Below, piece by piece: positions 29,850 through 43,671 of a stretch of DNA of 64,000 nt. The notes beneath the pieces are model-generated. The model was not told the DNA's origin. It searched no databases and worked only from the letters and a program-made list of their open reading frames with translations. The position numbers and the translations under genes are program-made. Source of the DNA: Octopus sinensis (taxonomy: Eukaryota); assembly GCF_006345805.1 (NCBI RefSeq), contig NC_042998.1:75578001-75642000 (forward strand), read 5' to 3'. The number at the start of each line of letters is the position of its first letter. Position 1 is the stretch's first letter.

Positions 29850-30220
29850 AAGGTGGCGATCTGGTAGAGCTGTTAGCACGGCTTTCATCCTTTCGGGGTC
29901 GATAAATTAAGTACCAGTGAAACACTGGGGTCGATGTAATCGTCTAGTCCCCTCCCCCAAAAATCTGAAGGCTTGTGTATCCAGTAGAAAGGATTATTAG
30001 TCTGCTTAAGGAAGCGAGCTGGCAGAATCATTAGCACACCGGGCAAAATGCTTAGAGGCATTTTGTCCATCTTTACCTTCTGAGCCCAAATTCCACCTAG
30101 GTCGACTGTACCTTTCATTCTTTTAAGGTCGATAAAATACGTACCAGTTGAGCACTAGAGTCGATGTAATCGACTTCCACGCCGAAATTTGCTGGCCTTG
30201 TGCTAAAATTTGAGACGATT
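29850..30220 (+). mobile_element. Two head-to-tail SINE family A copies (29850-29998 internally deleted; 30008-30220)
   Basis: Both carry the head and the GTCGATAAA..GTACCAG..GTCGATGTAATCG body. Confidence 0.75.
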
Positions 30221-32484
30221 AGTATAGTCTGCTTTTGGATTAAAAGAGCCAAATATTTCTGCACATCATGTGCAACTAGAGTCAGACATTCAGTTTCTTC
30301 TTTTTATTTCAGTAATTTTCCCTCTTAGGATATATTGTTGGCTCATTTCTGTTCTGTAGAGTCTTGCAAAGAGGTATTTTTTCACTCCAGTGTTTCTGTA
30401 GTAAATGCTGGAGTTCCACTTATTTTTTAGTCGTTTGTCTATTGCTATTTTACTTATTCTATTACTTTTCTTATGTAATCAGCTCCTGGTTTGTTATCTA
30501 TTCTGTCTTTAAATATAGCTTTTCAAATTGCATTTTCATTTCAGTGTCTGGATTTAATTTACTGTTCTCAGTGTAGTTAATTTGTTTACTTTTATAGAAG
30601 ATTTGGTTCATTAATCTAGTTCAATACGGAGCAATGTCTGGCTTAATTCATAAGCAAATTTTAGTAGATTTTCCAGCTGAATATTGTTCCCTGTCAAAAG
30701 TTTTAATCATACATCATAAAGATAATGCTTTAGAATTTTTGCAACATTTATAAACATTTTTGGTTTAATGATTTTCTTAATAGGGTTTGAAAAAAGTGTA
30801 GAGAAAATAGGAAAATAGGAAGCCCTCCGGCTAGCTTTCTCTTTTGAGATATTGAGTTAGTTTTAATCATTATTCTCTCTGCTTTCTAGTAAAAGGCTTG
30901 CTTTCCATTTTGAAATGGTATGGTCGATATACAATTTTAGAACTGGAACTGTTTTATTTATATAGAGTGACTCCAGTATCGATTGCCTTTCTATAATCAA
31001 TCGATGTCATGCTACGATTTGTTATCCTCTTGATGTTCTCTATATTGTTGTTGTTGTCATCTCATTACCGTCATTATAGTCACCATCATCATCACCATCA
31101 TCATAATAATTATCATCATCTTCATTAGCAGTAATTATTAAAGCTTTTCTTGTCACTTTTATTTTTGTTTATATCTCGACAATCTTTTGTTTTAAGCAAT
31201 AGAATACGAAATAATTATTAATTGTCTCGGCATTCATGATTTTTAAACTATCTGGTTCCTCTGCAATGAAACTTGTTTCATAGATCGTTAGGTTTTCTTC
31301 ATCAATTACATAATGTATTGGTTTGTTTAGTGATATCGATTTTATTAATTATTTTTATCACCCACGTTTCATTCTCAAAAGCCATTCGAAATAAGCATTG
31401 TCAGCTATGAGGAATAGGGTTGATTGACTCACTACATTTGAAATGTTTCACAAATATTTGTTTAACATATTTCACACATAGTCGTATTGTTTGCGGCATC
31501 TTTTCAATTATGGTTCCTTTATCAGAACTTTTACAAATAATGAAGCATTCTTATACTGTTTTGTTTCAAACATAACAGCTGTCAACAAACAGTTTGATTT
31601 GACGATAATTATTCTAAGTTTGAAAGCGATCATAAATCCTTTGAATCTTATCCGACAGGAAAGGAAAACTTGAAGCAATAAAGTAACAGTGTCTGTGCTC
31701 GTTATACTTCTAAGATAATCTGAATCTAGCAATGAAACAAAATCACAGAATAGCATTTATTTTGAAAATAAGAAGAATACTTGAAACCTTTCGCGAAAAT
31801 GTACGAGATATTTAACTGTATCATGGAATTAGAAAGATCTCTAGCTTTTGAAGATCCTTCAAAGCCTTGATCATAATGTTTATCTGATGTTCTCTTATAA
31901 TTTGATAATTGGAGTCTTTCAAATAGAAGAACATATAGATCTGGAAATAAAGCTGGAAGTAGAATTTGCTGAATGAAAAGCACAATAACGATTTTCCGGT
32001 TGATCTCAGAAGTATTCTAGAATTAGGTTAAACGAAAATCTGAAGAATTGGTGTGTTATCATATATCTCAGTAGCAGGCTTCAGTAACAATAAATTATGA
32101 ACTCAATACCATATCAAATCATCTTCACAAGTCTTATCGTGGACAGGACTTGTGTAGGCATGAACAGACTGTACCTCGCACTACGTTGTCTTTCATACAA
32201 TAGAAATATAGCTCTGACATATAGGGGGGGGGGGCAATGCAATTCAAAAAACAATTCAGCTGTAACAATGTATGTTACGAAATTATCGACAGTTTCAGAT
32301 ATTGGAGTTTTAAATGAACTTCAAATGTTCTTTAATGAATTTATCATCAGGTTAGATTCAAAATATCTATAAATCATAGAGCTGGATAGCGTGAATTTCC
32401 GAATAAATAGGTTAACGAACAAACAAGCACTAGAATGGATGCCCATATATATATATATATATATATATGATTGATTCCAGTTTG

Positions 32485-32551
<67 letters not shown>

Positions 32552-32556
<5 letters not shown>

Positions 32557-34105
32557 ATCCAAACATGAAAACACAAAGAGAAAATACAACAACGCGAGGA
32601 CGTGGAACAAGTATAGCATTATTAGACGCTCAGGAAAGGAAGGGAAGAAGGATGATTTAAAGTTTCGAGCGGAGCTCTTCCTCAGAAACATAGGAAAAGG
32701 AAAGATCCAAGGAAGAGAAGACGGAGAAAAAAATCGCCAACGGACAACAAAATATGTAAGACAACAAAAGAATGAAAGAGACCTCGATATTATGTAAATA
32801 GAGAAATTTATCTGTAAATGTAATATGTGACAATTAATCGGTAGCCATAATAAAACTTCGAGTCTCGGATGTCGGGGCGGAAATTCACGCCGCCATCTCT
32901 TCAGTTATCCGGCCATCGAAAAAATGCTATGAAAATGACCGTTAAACAAAGGGAAATTACTGTGTGATTAACCGTTATTAAGACAAAAAGCTATTTGAAT
33001 GACCGCTAAGTGAGCGAAGGGAGTAAAAGTAAGGGGGGTAAAAATGTACATAATATATATACAATGTACATAATATATATACAAAATATATATATAAAAA
33101 AATATTTTTTACATATTTATAGAGATATTGTTTAATAGGTTTATTGCTCATATACATTTTTTACACATATTTTTTCTGTATTCTACCTTCCACCCCGCAT
33201 TTTTCCCTGTGTGTATATAGACGTATATATGGAATCCTTTGTGCCCGCGTTTGGAGGTGTGCGTGTGTGCGGGCATGTGCGAATATAGATGTATGTGTGT
33301 GCGTGCATGCGAGTATGTGCGTATATAGAAATGTTTTACTCATTGGTTTTTACACATTCTCCTGTATTTTTGCCTTTAGCACTATTTTTTCTTGTGCATG
33401 TGCGTAGTGTGTGTGTGTATGTGTGCGTGTGTGCGTGTATGCGAGTATGTGCGTATATAGAGGTGTATATGAACTTTTTTTGTGCGTGTGTGTGTATACA
33501 AATATAGACATGTGCGGATATGCACATATATAGACGTGTGTGTGTGCGTGCATACAGGTATGTGCGTATATAGACGTGTTTTACTCTTATTGCTTATTTT
33601 TTAAATACTTCTTTACACTTTTTTCTGTATTGTTGCCCTTAGCCCTGTTTTTTCTGGCTCTTGCGCGTACTTAGACTTGTGTATGAACCTTTTTGGTGCG
33701 TGTGTGTGTGGAGGATTGTGTATACATATATATATATTGGCGAATGGTGTAGGTGAGAATGTGTATGTTTCAAGTGAGTGTGGATAAGTGTATACTTATA
33801 GGCGCATGTACGTGGGTGTGTGGGCGCGCATGTGTAGGTAGGAACATGCGCGCTTACGCGAATACTATGTACATTTTTACCCCCTTACTTTTACTCCCTC
33901 CCCTCACTTAGCGGTCATTCAAATAGCTCTTTTGTCTTAATAACGGTTAATCACACAGTAATTTCCCTTTGTTTAACGGTCATTTTCATAGCATTTTTTC
34001 GATGGCCGGATAACTGAAGAGATGGTTGCGTCGATTTCCACCCCGACATCCAAAACTCGGAGTTTTATCATGGCTACCGAATAATCGTCACATATTACAT
34101 TTACA
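32552..34105 (-). mobile_element. Non-autonomous PLE-like element: (TA)n-anchored end, degenerate hammerhead, 240-bp inverted repeats
   Basis: Arms 32813-33052 and 33866-34105 are diverged reverse complements with an 813-bp spacer; HHR-like motif at 32656-32688. Confidence 0.6.
32656..32688 (-). ncRNA. Degenerate hammerhead motif (canonical C3-G8 core, helix III broken)
   Basis: Minus strand TTT-CTGAGGA-A-GAGC-TCC-GCTC-GAAAC-TTT-AAA; position 16.2 is T rather than G. Confidence 0.45.
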
Positions 34106-35213
34106 TATATATATATATTAACCGGTTATAACCTGGAAATTGTATCCATCCCTGGCGTTATAACCAACTACATGCAAAAACAACATGCCAAGCGAAACCA
34201 AGTATATTTCGTATATTTCTTTAAAACACGACACTTGTTGAGATGCACCTGCAATGGAGGATGCAACACATCCAGTTGTACAGTATCCCTCCCGCAAGGG
34301 AGCAATGCAAGATTGGTCGAAACGATTATTGTGAAGAATAAAGACTCTGGTGAACTCCATTTTCCGTTTCTCATTTATCATATATGTGTGTGTGCGTGTC
34401 TGTAAGTGTATAAATGTATGTGTGCGTACGTGCATGTGTGTGTGTGTGTGTATGTGTGTGTGTTTCAAGATTACAAATGGGTATACTGACGAATTATAAT
34501 TTAGTGATAGGAAATATACAAAGTTTGATTTCTTTATATTTGGACAGCTACAGTTATATTATGAAAAAAATAGAATTTACTCAAGAAGTATTTTTCATAG
34601 AATCAATATTGGATTCTGATTTTCCACAAAGTTTCTTTGTTTTTCAAAGAACAAGAACAGTCTTTCCCTTCTATAATTGGATATGGCTACTCACCTGTGT
34701 ATCGCATTAAATCATATTGTGCATTGACGAAATAACGTGCTTACATTTGATCCAGACATTATTATAAATAATGAAAAAATTTATTAGTCTACATATATTT
34801 TTAACCCTCATAGAAAATTTTATGAAACTATTCAGACAAGTTTTCCCCAATAAAACTGAAGTTCTATTTTGGGGGATAAAATTACTTTAATCTGACGGTG
34901 TCTCAACTATTAGGAAATCTAAATTCTTTCAGCTATGAAATTATGTGCTGAACTAGTTTGAAATTAGGAACTTCGTAAAGGATAAAAAAAATCCTTTAAT
35001 ACAAACCAAAACAGACGCTCTGTTCTTCATAAAGAAATTCGATCAAAAATATCAATAACTTTATTTTCCCTAAGGGCCATTTATTCTGAAAGACATTCTC
35101 AGAAAATATTGATTTTTTTCTTCCATGCTATAGTAACAATGGAAAGATCAATAAACAAAGAAAAATAGGTTTTTGCTATTTAATTATTTTATATCCTCTT
35201 TTTCCCCACTTAG

Positions 35214-35216
<3 letters not shown>

Positions 35217-35273
<57 letters not shown>
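35217..35273. repeat. (CT)n microsatellite
   Basis: Direct. Confidence 0.95.
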
Positions 35274-35276
<3 letters not shown>

Positions 35277-36375
35277 ACTCTCTCTTGTATACAATTCTTA
35301 TTACTGGTGCGTGTTTTCACTGTCTAACTGAGTACAGTGTTCAAGTGCCTCAGGCAGTTGCTGTTTGCTTTGCTTCCTTTTTAAAAAAAATTGTTTACTG
35401 TTATTTGTTATATTGAATGTTCTCTACATGAAATATGCGTAGTACCTAGTAGGGCAACTTTTTCTTCTATGATATAAATTTTCACATCTATGTTCCTTTT
35501 TATCATTTGCATTGCACCTGTTATTTTATACACTATCTCAGTTCACCATCCTTCTTATCCTATCATTCTGTCTATATCTATTTCCATGTCGTAATTTGGA
35601 TAATTTCTCCAATATTTTTATATAGATGTATTTCTATCATGATTTGAAATACCCATTAGGAAGACTTCTTCTTCAGCAGATTAAGAACATGTGGTTGCTT
35701 TATGTGTGTTATTATTAATGTTATGTCATGTGAATTACTTCACATTACGTTCATCAATTTATCCTCTTATTGCCGATAAAACAAAGTAGCAATCAAATGC
35801 TGTGCTTGTTTTAATCAACTATACCCCGCCCATAAAATTTACACTTGTACAAATGTTAGAAATTAAAATATTATGAGGGACTTAGTCTATATTCAGAGTC
35901 CAAATCCTTACAGATTTGCTATGTCAGTTTAAACCAGTATCTGTTTAATCGTGCAGTCTTATATCATTGTTCAAAATCTTCGTTGTTATTAATATTTCAG
36001 TAGCACAACCAAGCACAGTTATATGTACTTTACGTATGTGAAGTGCTTTTGCTGTGTATAAGCTCGAGAATTATGGTCATGTATTTTCCTGCAATTTTTG
36101 ACGTATTCTCAAGACATCATTTCGAGGATTGTGTAAGTTTTTGAAACCAACAATATTTATATTTCTCACACTTTAGATATTTTTTCCATTATATTCTCTA
36201 CTGTTGGAATACATATTTCGGTTAAGAGACATTTCTTTTCTTGGTTATCTTACCCTATAGTAAACGACAAAGCAGACACATATAAAACTTCAAAGATACT
36301 GTCAATTATTTCCTTGAAAAATAAATTTAGTAATTGAATGAGCCCTTTGATATCTCTTGTGGTATGTCTTCACAA

Positions 36376-36608
36376 AAGGCAGCGAGCTGGCAGAAACGTT
36401 AGCACGCCGGGCGAAATGCTTAGCGGTATTTCGTCTGCCGCTACGTTCTGAGTTCGAAATCCGCCGAGGTCGACTTTGCCTTTTATCCTTTCGGGGTCGA
36501 TTAAATAAGTACCAGTTACGTACTGGGGTCGATATAATCGACTTAATCCGTTTGTCTATCTTTTTTTGTCCTCTCTGTGTTTAGCCCCTTGTGGATAGTA
36601 AAGAAACA
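36376..36608 (+). mobile_element. Full-length SINE family A with 15-bp target-site duplication
   Basis: TSD GGTATGTCTTCACAA at 36361-36375 and 36609-36623. Confidence 0.9.
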
Positions 36609-39600
36609 GGTATGTCTTCACAATCTCTTTTCTTTCAGTATTTCATAATGCCACCATAATTTCCATTGTATTCACTAAACTTAAATTGATTGTTTTTTCA
36701 ACAACATGTAGATATTTCTAGTTACATTTTTAATTCTACTTCATTATATGTGTATGTCGCTCTGTAGTCTGTAGTCTCAAACAGATTTGAGAACTGCGTT
36801 TTTCAACAAGGCTGTGCATGTTCTCAGCCAGCGTTATTTATATCTGAACTGGTCATGTAGAGAGAGAGAGAGAGAGAGAGACTATTTAGTTCTTAAATAG
36901 TCATTGTTATTGTTTTTCTATTCTCCTTGCTATTGTGTCAGACTCAGTATTTGAATTATATTTGCTGCTTTTCCAGAAGAGAGGCGACAGTGTTTTGTTT
37001 TGTTCATCTTTTAGAAACAACTTTTATTATTGTAGTTATGCAATAGATACTTTATTATAACGGTCTACTTGAAGAAAGAACTGTACCTCCTTTTATATGT
37101 ATTAAGGATAATCTTTCTAAATTAATACTTATTTGTGGTGGCTTTCGTTTTGCTAAATCACTCAGCTTCAGTTGAGAATAGTATAACTTCTTCACTTACT
37201 ACAGGAACAGTGAGAATGTTGATTCTCTTTTGCACTTAGTTCTGCTGTAAGTATTCCTCCAATGCGTTTATTATATTACTTCCTAATTTATACACCATGG
37301 TATGAAATATGAAAATATATTTAAAAACAAAATGTAATATATTATACAGCCATTGAACTCCAAATAAAAGTATTGACAAACTACCTCTGAAATGAGGCAA
37401 AATATCTTTGTGGACGGTTCCCACAATGCATAGGCGTATACTTATTCATTAAATATAATGTGTATACTTTGTACGATTAGTTTTCTATAAAACAGAAAAG
37501 TGTTAGAATATCACTGTTATAACACAGTAGATTTCATATTTTATAGTATATTTATTGGCTTTAAAGCATATATAATCTACATATTTATATCTGTTTTCAT
37601 TTTTAATTACAGACTTTACAAACATGTGGGATATATTCAGTTCTTGGCAGTAAAAGTTGAGCTTTAATATGGTAAATTGATTAACTGTGTTTAAAAATCT
37701 GCGGGTCTGTGAATCAGTTATAAAGCAACTGAAAACTTTATTTGCATTTAATCTTGATAATCGATCAAGTTGGGACCATTAACTTGTTGTTCGATTTGAT
37801 GTTAAAAAGTCGTTATCTCTCATTAATCTTAATTACCAATCGCTATTTACTCATTTCAACTGCATAAAGTTATACAATAGAAAAACACTGAACAATGCTT
37901 CAACAGTAGTTGTATAAACTCAAATATAGAGCTTATGAATAAGAAAACTATTAAAATACTCACTCTAAATGGTATTCTATCCATAGATGTGTCACTTGCA
38001 ACGAAGTGAGTTGCTGTGTGCGGTTGAGAGATAACAGAAGCCTAGGGGAGAAGTATTATATTTATTCATAACCTTCTGCTGGCATCGATTTAACTGATTT
38101 TACTATATCTTAATTTCATGATTTCCCATGAGTTGTTCTTATCTGTTCTGATTTAGCGCTCTGCTGATATATTAATATCGTTGTCATAATCGTTGGTTTT
38201 ATGACGGCAGTATCTGCTGAATATGTCATTGGTTTTAGACCAATTAATGTTGATTTTGGTTTAAGGTACTCAACGAAATACATTTGGGAATTTTTTGACT
38301 AGATGCTGCTATGCAGACAATGCGTAAGTTAATATGAAGATTGCTTTATAGACAAGAAAATTGCTTTCAATGATATTTTTTTTATTGATTTCTAATTTTT
38401 TCCTTTTACATATCATATTAACCTAACATTTATCTAACCAAAAACACTGATAATGGTGTTTTATTGTCATTTTAAAGAAGAAACCAACTACCCTTTGTCT
38501 TTGGGATAAACATCGTGCATCGTTCGATAAAATATCTACTCGTCTCTCACTGGATATGATACTGACACCATTCTAAGAGTTAACAACATGATATGGTAAT
38601 AATAATATGTTAAAGTTCACGGGCTACGGAAAAGCAGAACAATTCTACATTTATCTGATAGTTGTATTTTATCAGATTGCCGATTACGATTTTCTATCTT
38701 TGAATTCATTGTGAAATATAATATCAATTTTATTGGGTTATTTCTCAACGCCGGAGAAGCGTGCCAATTTCCCATGAATCAGCAACGCATATGGCAATTA
38801 AGATTAACTTAGATGTAAAATTTAATATTTGATAGTTATAAACATTGATAATTTTCAGAGGCACAAGATAGCAAAACGTTTGAAATCACGTTTGAAGGAG
38901 GTTTAAGAATAGCAACAGAATATTTACTGATGAAGAAGCTCAATATAAAAAAAAATTATAAACTTTAAAACTATCCTAAAAATATCATATTCAATCAAGT
39001 AATATCAAGGAAAGCCAACTAAAAAACCTTTCTGCAGAGAACTATTTGTTAATTCATAAACTAACATAAGTTTGAGGGCTTGGTCTTAAGAAACTCACAG
39101 TGGTCATAAAGTTTCAAACTATTTGTAAGGCTCCTAGATTTTCTGTCATTTCTGCAAAATCTTAACAAAACACTAATAACATAAACTTACAAAATTAAGT
39201 GTTCTTATGCGAGTTTAATTATCTAGTATCATTTTTGTTTAGTAAAATACAAACAATACTAATTTATGTGCGTGTATATATATGAGTATGTGTGTGTGTT
39301 TTGTTGGTGGGGTGGGGATGTTTGAGAAATTTCTGTGTAAGGGAACAGTCAAAACGAATTTCATAAATTTGGCACAACCGTTTGCAATGAGCCTCACAAT
39401 TGGTATATATTTTATTATTCTTCAAGTTGCTTTCAAATAGTAACCTAAAATCAACGTTTTGGTATTTAGCTACGTAAAAAAAATAATAGGTAGATTATTA
39501 TATTAGATCATATGTGTGTCCATGTTCTGACTGTCACATGCACATATGCATATATATATATATATATATATATTTACTTACATGTCTATGTATATATATG

Positions 39601-39796
39601 GCTACATTATAATAATGGAGTCTGGTTTATGGGGTTACCCAAACCTGTTGGGGTCTGACGATTCGCCGTGATGCCAAACACCTGATGAAAAAGGAACCCA
39701 GGGTAGCCACATAAACCGGCCTCCCCCATTATAATATTAACTGCTCTACATCTTCGAGTGTGCTTCTTCTCCGGATTTGTTTTCTACAAACGATCC

Positions 39797-39897
<101 letters not shown>

Positions 39898-39922
39898 ATA
39901 TATATAATATATATATATATAT

Positions 39923-42900
39923 ACTTTGATACTTTGATAGGTTTCGGGCATTATTGGCCCAGGCCATGTCTAACTTAATAGCACCACCTGGTGAAGTCTT
40001 TCAAGTCAGAATTTGGGCACTATGGCCCACTCAAGTAGAGAGTTATTGTTTACAGAGACATATCCGGGTGTAGGGGGTTTATCCGGGATTTCTTGAAGGA
40101 ATCTGTCCAAAGACTTCTTGAACCCTATAGGGTCAGTCTCTGTTTTAATGTGTTTTGGTGTAATGTTAAAGAGAGCGGGGCCAATTGAGGTGAAATAATT
40201 GTGCCGTATTGTTGTTATGAGATGAGAGTGCGATTTTTGTTTTGGGCGGATGGCACGGGGCCCAAGCCTTGGATGTACCTTAAAGGTGATGCCAACATCA
40301 TTTGGGCAATGCTGATGGAATATTTTCCACATCATGCAGATGATGTAGCGCTCACGACGACGTTGGAGAGAATAGAGTTTTAGCTTTTCTAGTCGACCCC
40401 AATAGTCGAGGCCTGTCATGCCATCTATCTTTTTTGTGATTGCCTTTTGAGGTACTTCAACTTTTATGATACCTTGTATTGTGTGGGGAGACCACAGTGG
40501 ACAACAGTATTCAAGGTGGGGTCGGGCAAAAGTGGAGAAGAGAAGGATAATGGTGTGGATATCTCTCGACTGGAAAGTTCTGAGAATCCAGGAACACATT
40601 CTGCGGGCCATGTCAACTTTGGTGTTTATATGAGTGGCCCAGCTTACGTTGTTGTCCACAATTACTCCCAAGTCTCTGATGTTGTTGGACGCCGCGAGAG
40701 TTTCACCTGAAGGAAGGGAGTATGGGAGTTTCAGGGCATCCTCTTTTCCAAAGTGGATTAGCTCAAATTTATCCTCGTTCAGCAGCATATTGTTTTTTTC
40801 TGCCCATTGGATAACAGCCAGTAGATCTGACTGAAGGCATGTCCGGTCACTCGCCTCATTTATGACCTTCTGTAGCTTGGAGTCATCTGCAAAGATTTTT
40901 ATGTTGCTGTGCTTGATGATGTCATTAATGTCATTAATGTAAATGATGAAAAGAAGTGGGCCCAGCACAGTGCCTTGCGGAACGCCACTACTGACTTTGG
41001 CTGGGCTTGATTTTACCCCTTCAACTACAACATGTTGAGATCTGTCTGTCAGGAAACACTTAATCCATTTCAGTAACTTTCCAGAGACACCAATGTTGGA
41101 TAGTTTTTTCAATAGGATCTTGTGATCGACCCTGTCGAAGGCCTTACTGAAATCAAGGTAGATGACATCGGTGTTGGAGCCCTCTCCCAAAGCTCTCAAA
41201 ATGTCTTCAAAGTGATGCAGGAGCTGCGTTAGGCAGTCCCTTCCATTACGGAACCCATGTTGGTTGGAGATCAGCCGTCTGTTGCTTTCCAGAAATTGGG
41301 TTATTCGAGATCTCACCACCCTCTCAAATACCTTGATGATATGAGAGGTGAGTGAGATCGGACGGTAATTCACTGCAAGGGACTTGTTTCCCTTTTTGAA
41401 AACTGGGACAACAGACTGGGACAGAAGGTTTTTTGGAATATAGCCAGCATCCAGTGAGTTTCTCCACAGATTAGCAAGGGGAGATGCAAGTTGGTGTCGA
41501 CACACCTTCAGGACACAAACAGGGAACCTATCGGGGCCTACTGCTGAATTGTGTTTTATTTCGTTTATCGCCGCTAAGACATCAGGGGCACTAAACGTTA
41601 TGTCCGATATAGTGTGTTGGGGGTTGACATCACTGATACAGCCCAGATCGGCCATATCAGGATTGCTGAAAACAGAGCAGTATTGTTTCTGCAGTATCTC
41701 GGCCATGGATTTGGCATTATCTTGGAGAGTGCCAGTTTCGTCAATTAGAGGGCCTACAGTGGAGACAGTGACCCTGCGTTCCTCGCAAATGAAAAGAATA
41801 CTTTGGGGTTGAGTTGATTTTTTCAATGGCCCACTTCTCCTCAGCTGATCTTTGGTTATTGATGAGGGTCTTCATGCATTGTTGGAGGTTATATTTTTTG
41901 GATTCAAGCAGTGCGATAGCCGTCGAATGTGTGTGTTGCTGTTGGCAGTACTTTAGTTTGTTAATTTTTTTGTTTGTTCTTTTTATTTTTCTGATAATGG
42001 TTTTTCTGTTTTGGGGGATTCTGCACTTTTTGTTCACAGGTCTTGGTGGGGAGTGTTTTGCACATATGTCTGTGACGGTGTCTACAAAGATCTGCCAAGA
42101 TGTTTTATGGTTGGTGGAGATGTGTGTATGTGTAAAGGACCAGTCAACATTTGATAGCTCGTTCCTGATTGCATCCCAGTTGGCTTTATGGAGATCCATG
42201 TTGTCAAATGGGTGGGCTGGAGGAAGGTCACTAGGATTAGCTTTCGGCTGGTGGAATTTCATGTTACAGAGAACCATGTCATGGTCTGAAAGAAGGGTTT
42301 TTTCCACTGTAACGTTATGTATAGTGTTAGTGTGGTTACTAAACACTAGGTCCAAAATGTTCTGATGTCTTGTTGGTGCAAGGACAAGTTGGGACAAGAA
42401 AAACTCATTCGTAAAGTCGAAAAGTGACTCTGCTGCTTCTTTGTCAGCGGTTGAGGCGGGAGTGCTTGGTTTCAGTTTGTAGTCCAGTCAACACAGGGTA
42501 GATTGAAGTCTCCCATCATGAGTATGTTGCTAGAATGGCACTGTTGAATAAAGCACTTAATGCTGTTGAGGCATTCTTTAAAGCACAGTATGGGTGTTTG
42601 GGGCGGCCTATAGAGCCCAATTACTGTCAGGTCATTGGCTTTGTTGTGCACGGTGACTGATTCACAGTAGCCGTTGGAGAATATATTATTTCCATCTGCC
42701 GTAAATGAATCATGCAGGAAAATGGCAGTTCCACCCTTCCTCCTGCCGATACGATCCGCGCGGATGGTTGTGAAATTCTTCACTCTCACTTCGGCTTCCA
42801 AGTGGAAGTTGTCAAGGTGGGTCTCAGTGAGAATGAAGAAAGGGATGTGGTGTGAATGGTTACCAACCCAGTCTTCAATGAATTGGACCTTCCATTTTTG

Positions 42901-43470
42901 TGCATTGATGGAAGGGCTGACACCTTGTGCATTGAGTAGGAATGTGGAGGTTAGTGTAGTGGCTGGTTTTGACTGTTGCAGGGGGCTTGGATTTGTTGTG
43001 TGTGTTAGTGGCAGCAATGTGGGGAATTGGTGCACTGGGGTAATAGCATAGGATGGTGTTGAGTGATGGCTAGAATGTTTTTGTGTATCTCTTTTGCCAT
43101 GTTCAACATGGTTAAAAAAGAATTTTCCTGCTTAGGGAGCAGTTTTTGGCTGGAGGTGTGGTTGCACTGTTGGATAGGGTTGTAGTTTCACTTTGTTGTT
43201 GTTTTTGTGTCTTCCTGAAAAGACTGGACCAGCATTACTGCAGCATGGTGTGTTTCTATTTTTATTGTTATTCAGGTTTGTGTGTTGGCTTGAGGCCCCG
43301 TTTCTGTTTGTGCGTCGGGTCCCTGGAAGATGAGTGAAGGGACAGTCACTCAGTAGACATGTTCTCTCACGTTGGGAATACCGGCAGATTTTGGACTCCG
43401 AGTTGTGTGTGTTTTGAATTTCGATTTACTATTTGGTGGTGTTGATGTTATTGTGGGATGCGTGCTTATT
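39923..43470 (-). mobile_element. CR1/L2-group LINE, 5'-truncated within ORF1, with complete ORF2 region and 3' UTR
   Basis: ORF1 remnant with CCCH-like KICRYSQRERTCLLSDCPFTH (43330-43386); APE and RT domains; 3' terminal repeat (ATCAAAGT)2 joined to (TA)n. Confidence 0.9.
40006..43035 (-). CDS. LINE ORF2 (apurinic-like endonuclease + reverse transcriptase), about 1010 aa if three -1 frameshifts are repaired
   Basis: APE motifs LNAQG, ILTETHL, GGTAIF, LYRPP, MGDFNLP, NILDLVFSN; RT motifs NYRPISLTS, QHGFR, YLDFSKAFDRVDH, SGVPQGTVLGP, FADD; C-terminal LQRRRERY. Confidence 0.85.
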
Positions 43471-43506
43471 ATATATATATATATTATATATATATATATA
43501 TATAAT

Positions 43507-43537
<31 letters not shown>

Positions 43538-43617
43538 CATATATATATATATATATATATATCATATATATTATATATATATATCATATATATCTATATA
43601 TATATATCATATATATA

Positions 43618-43671
<54 letters not shown>

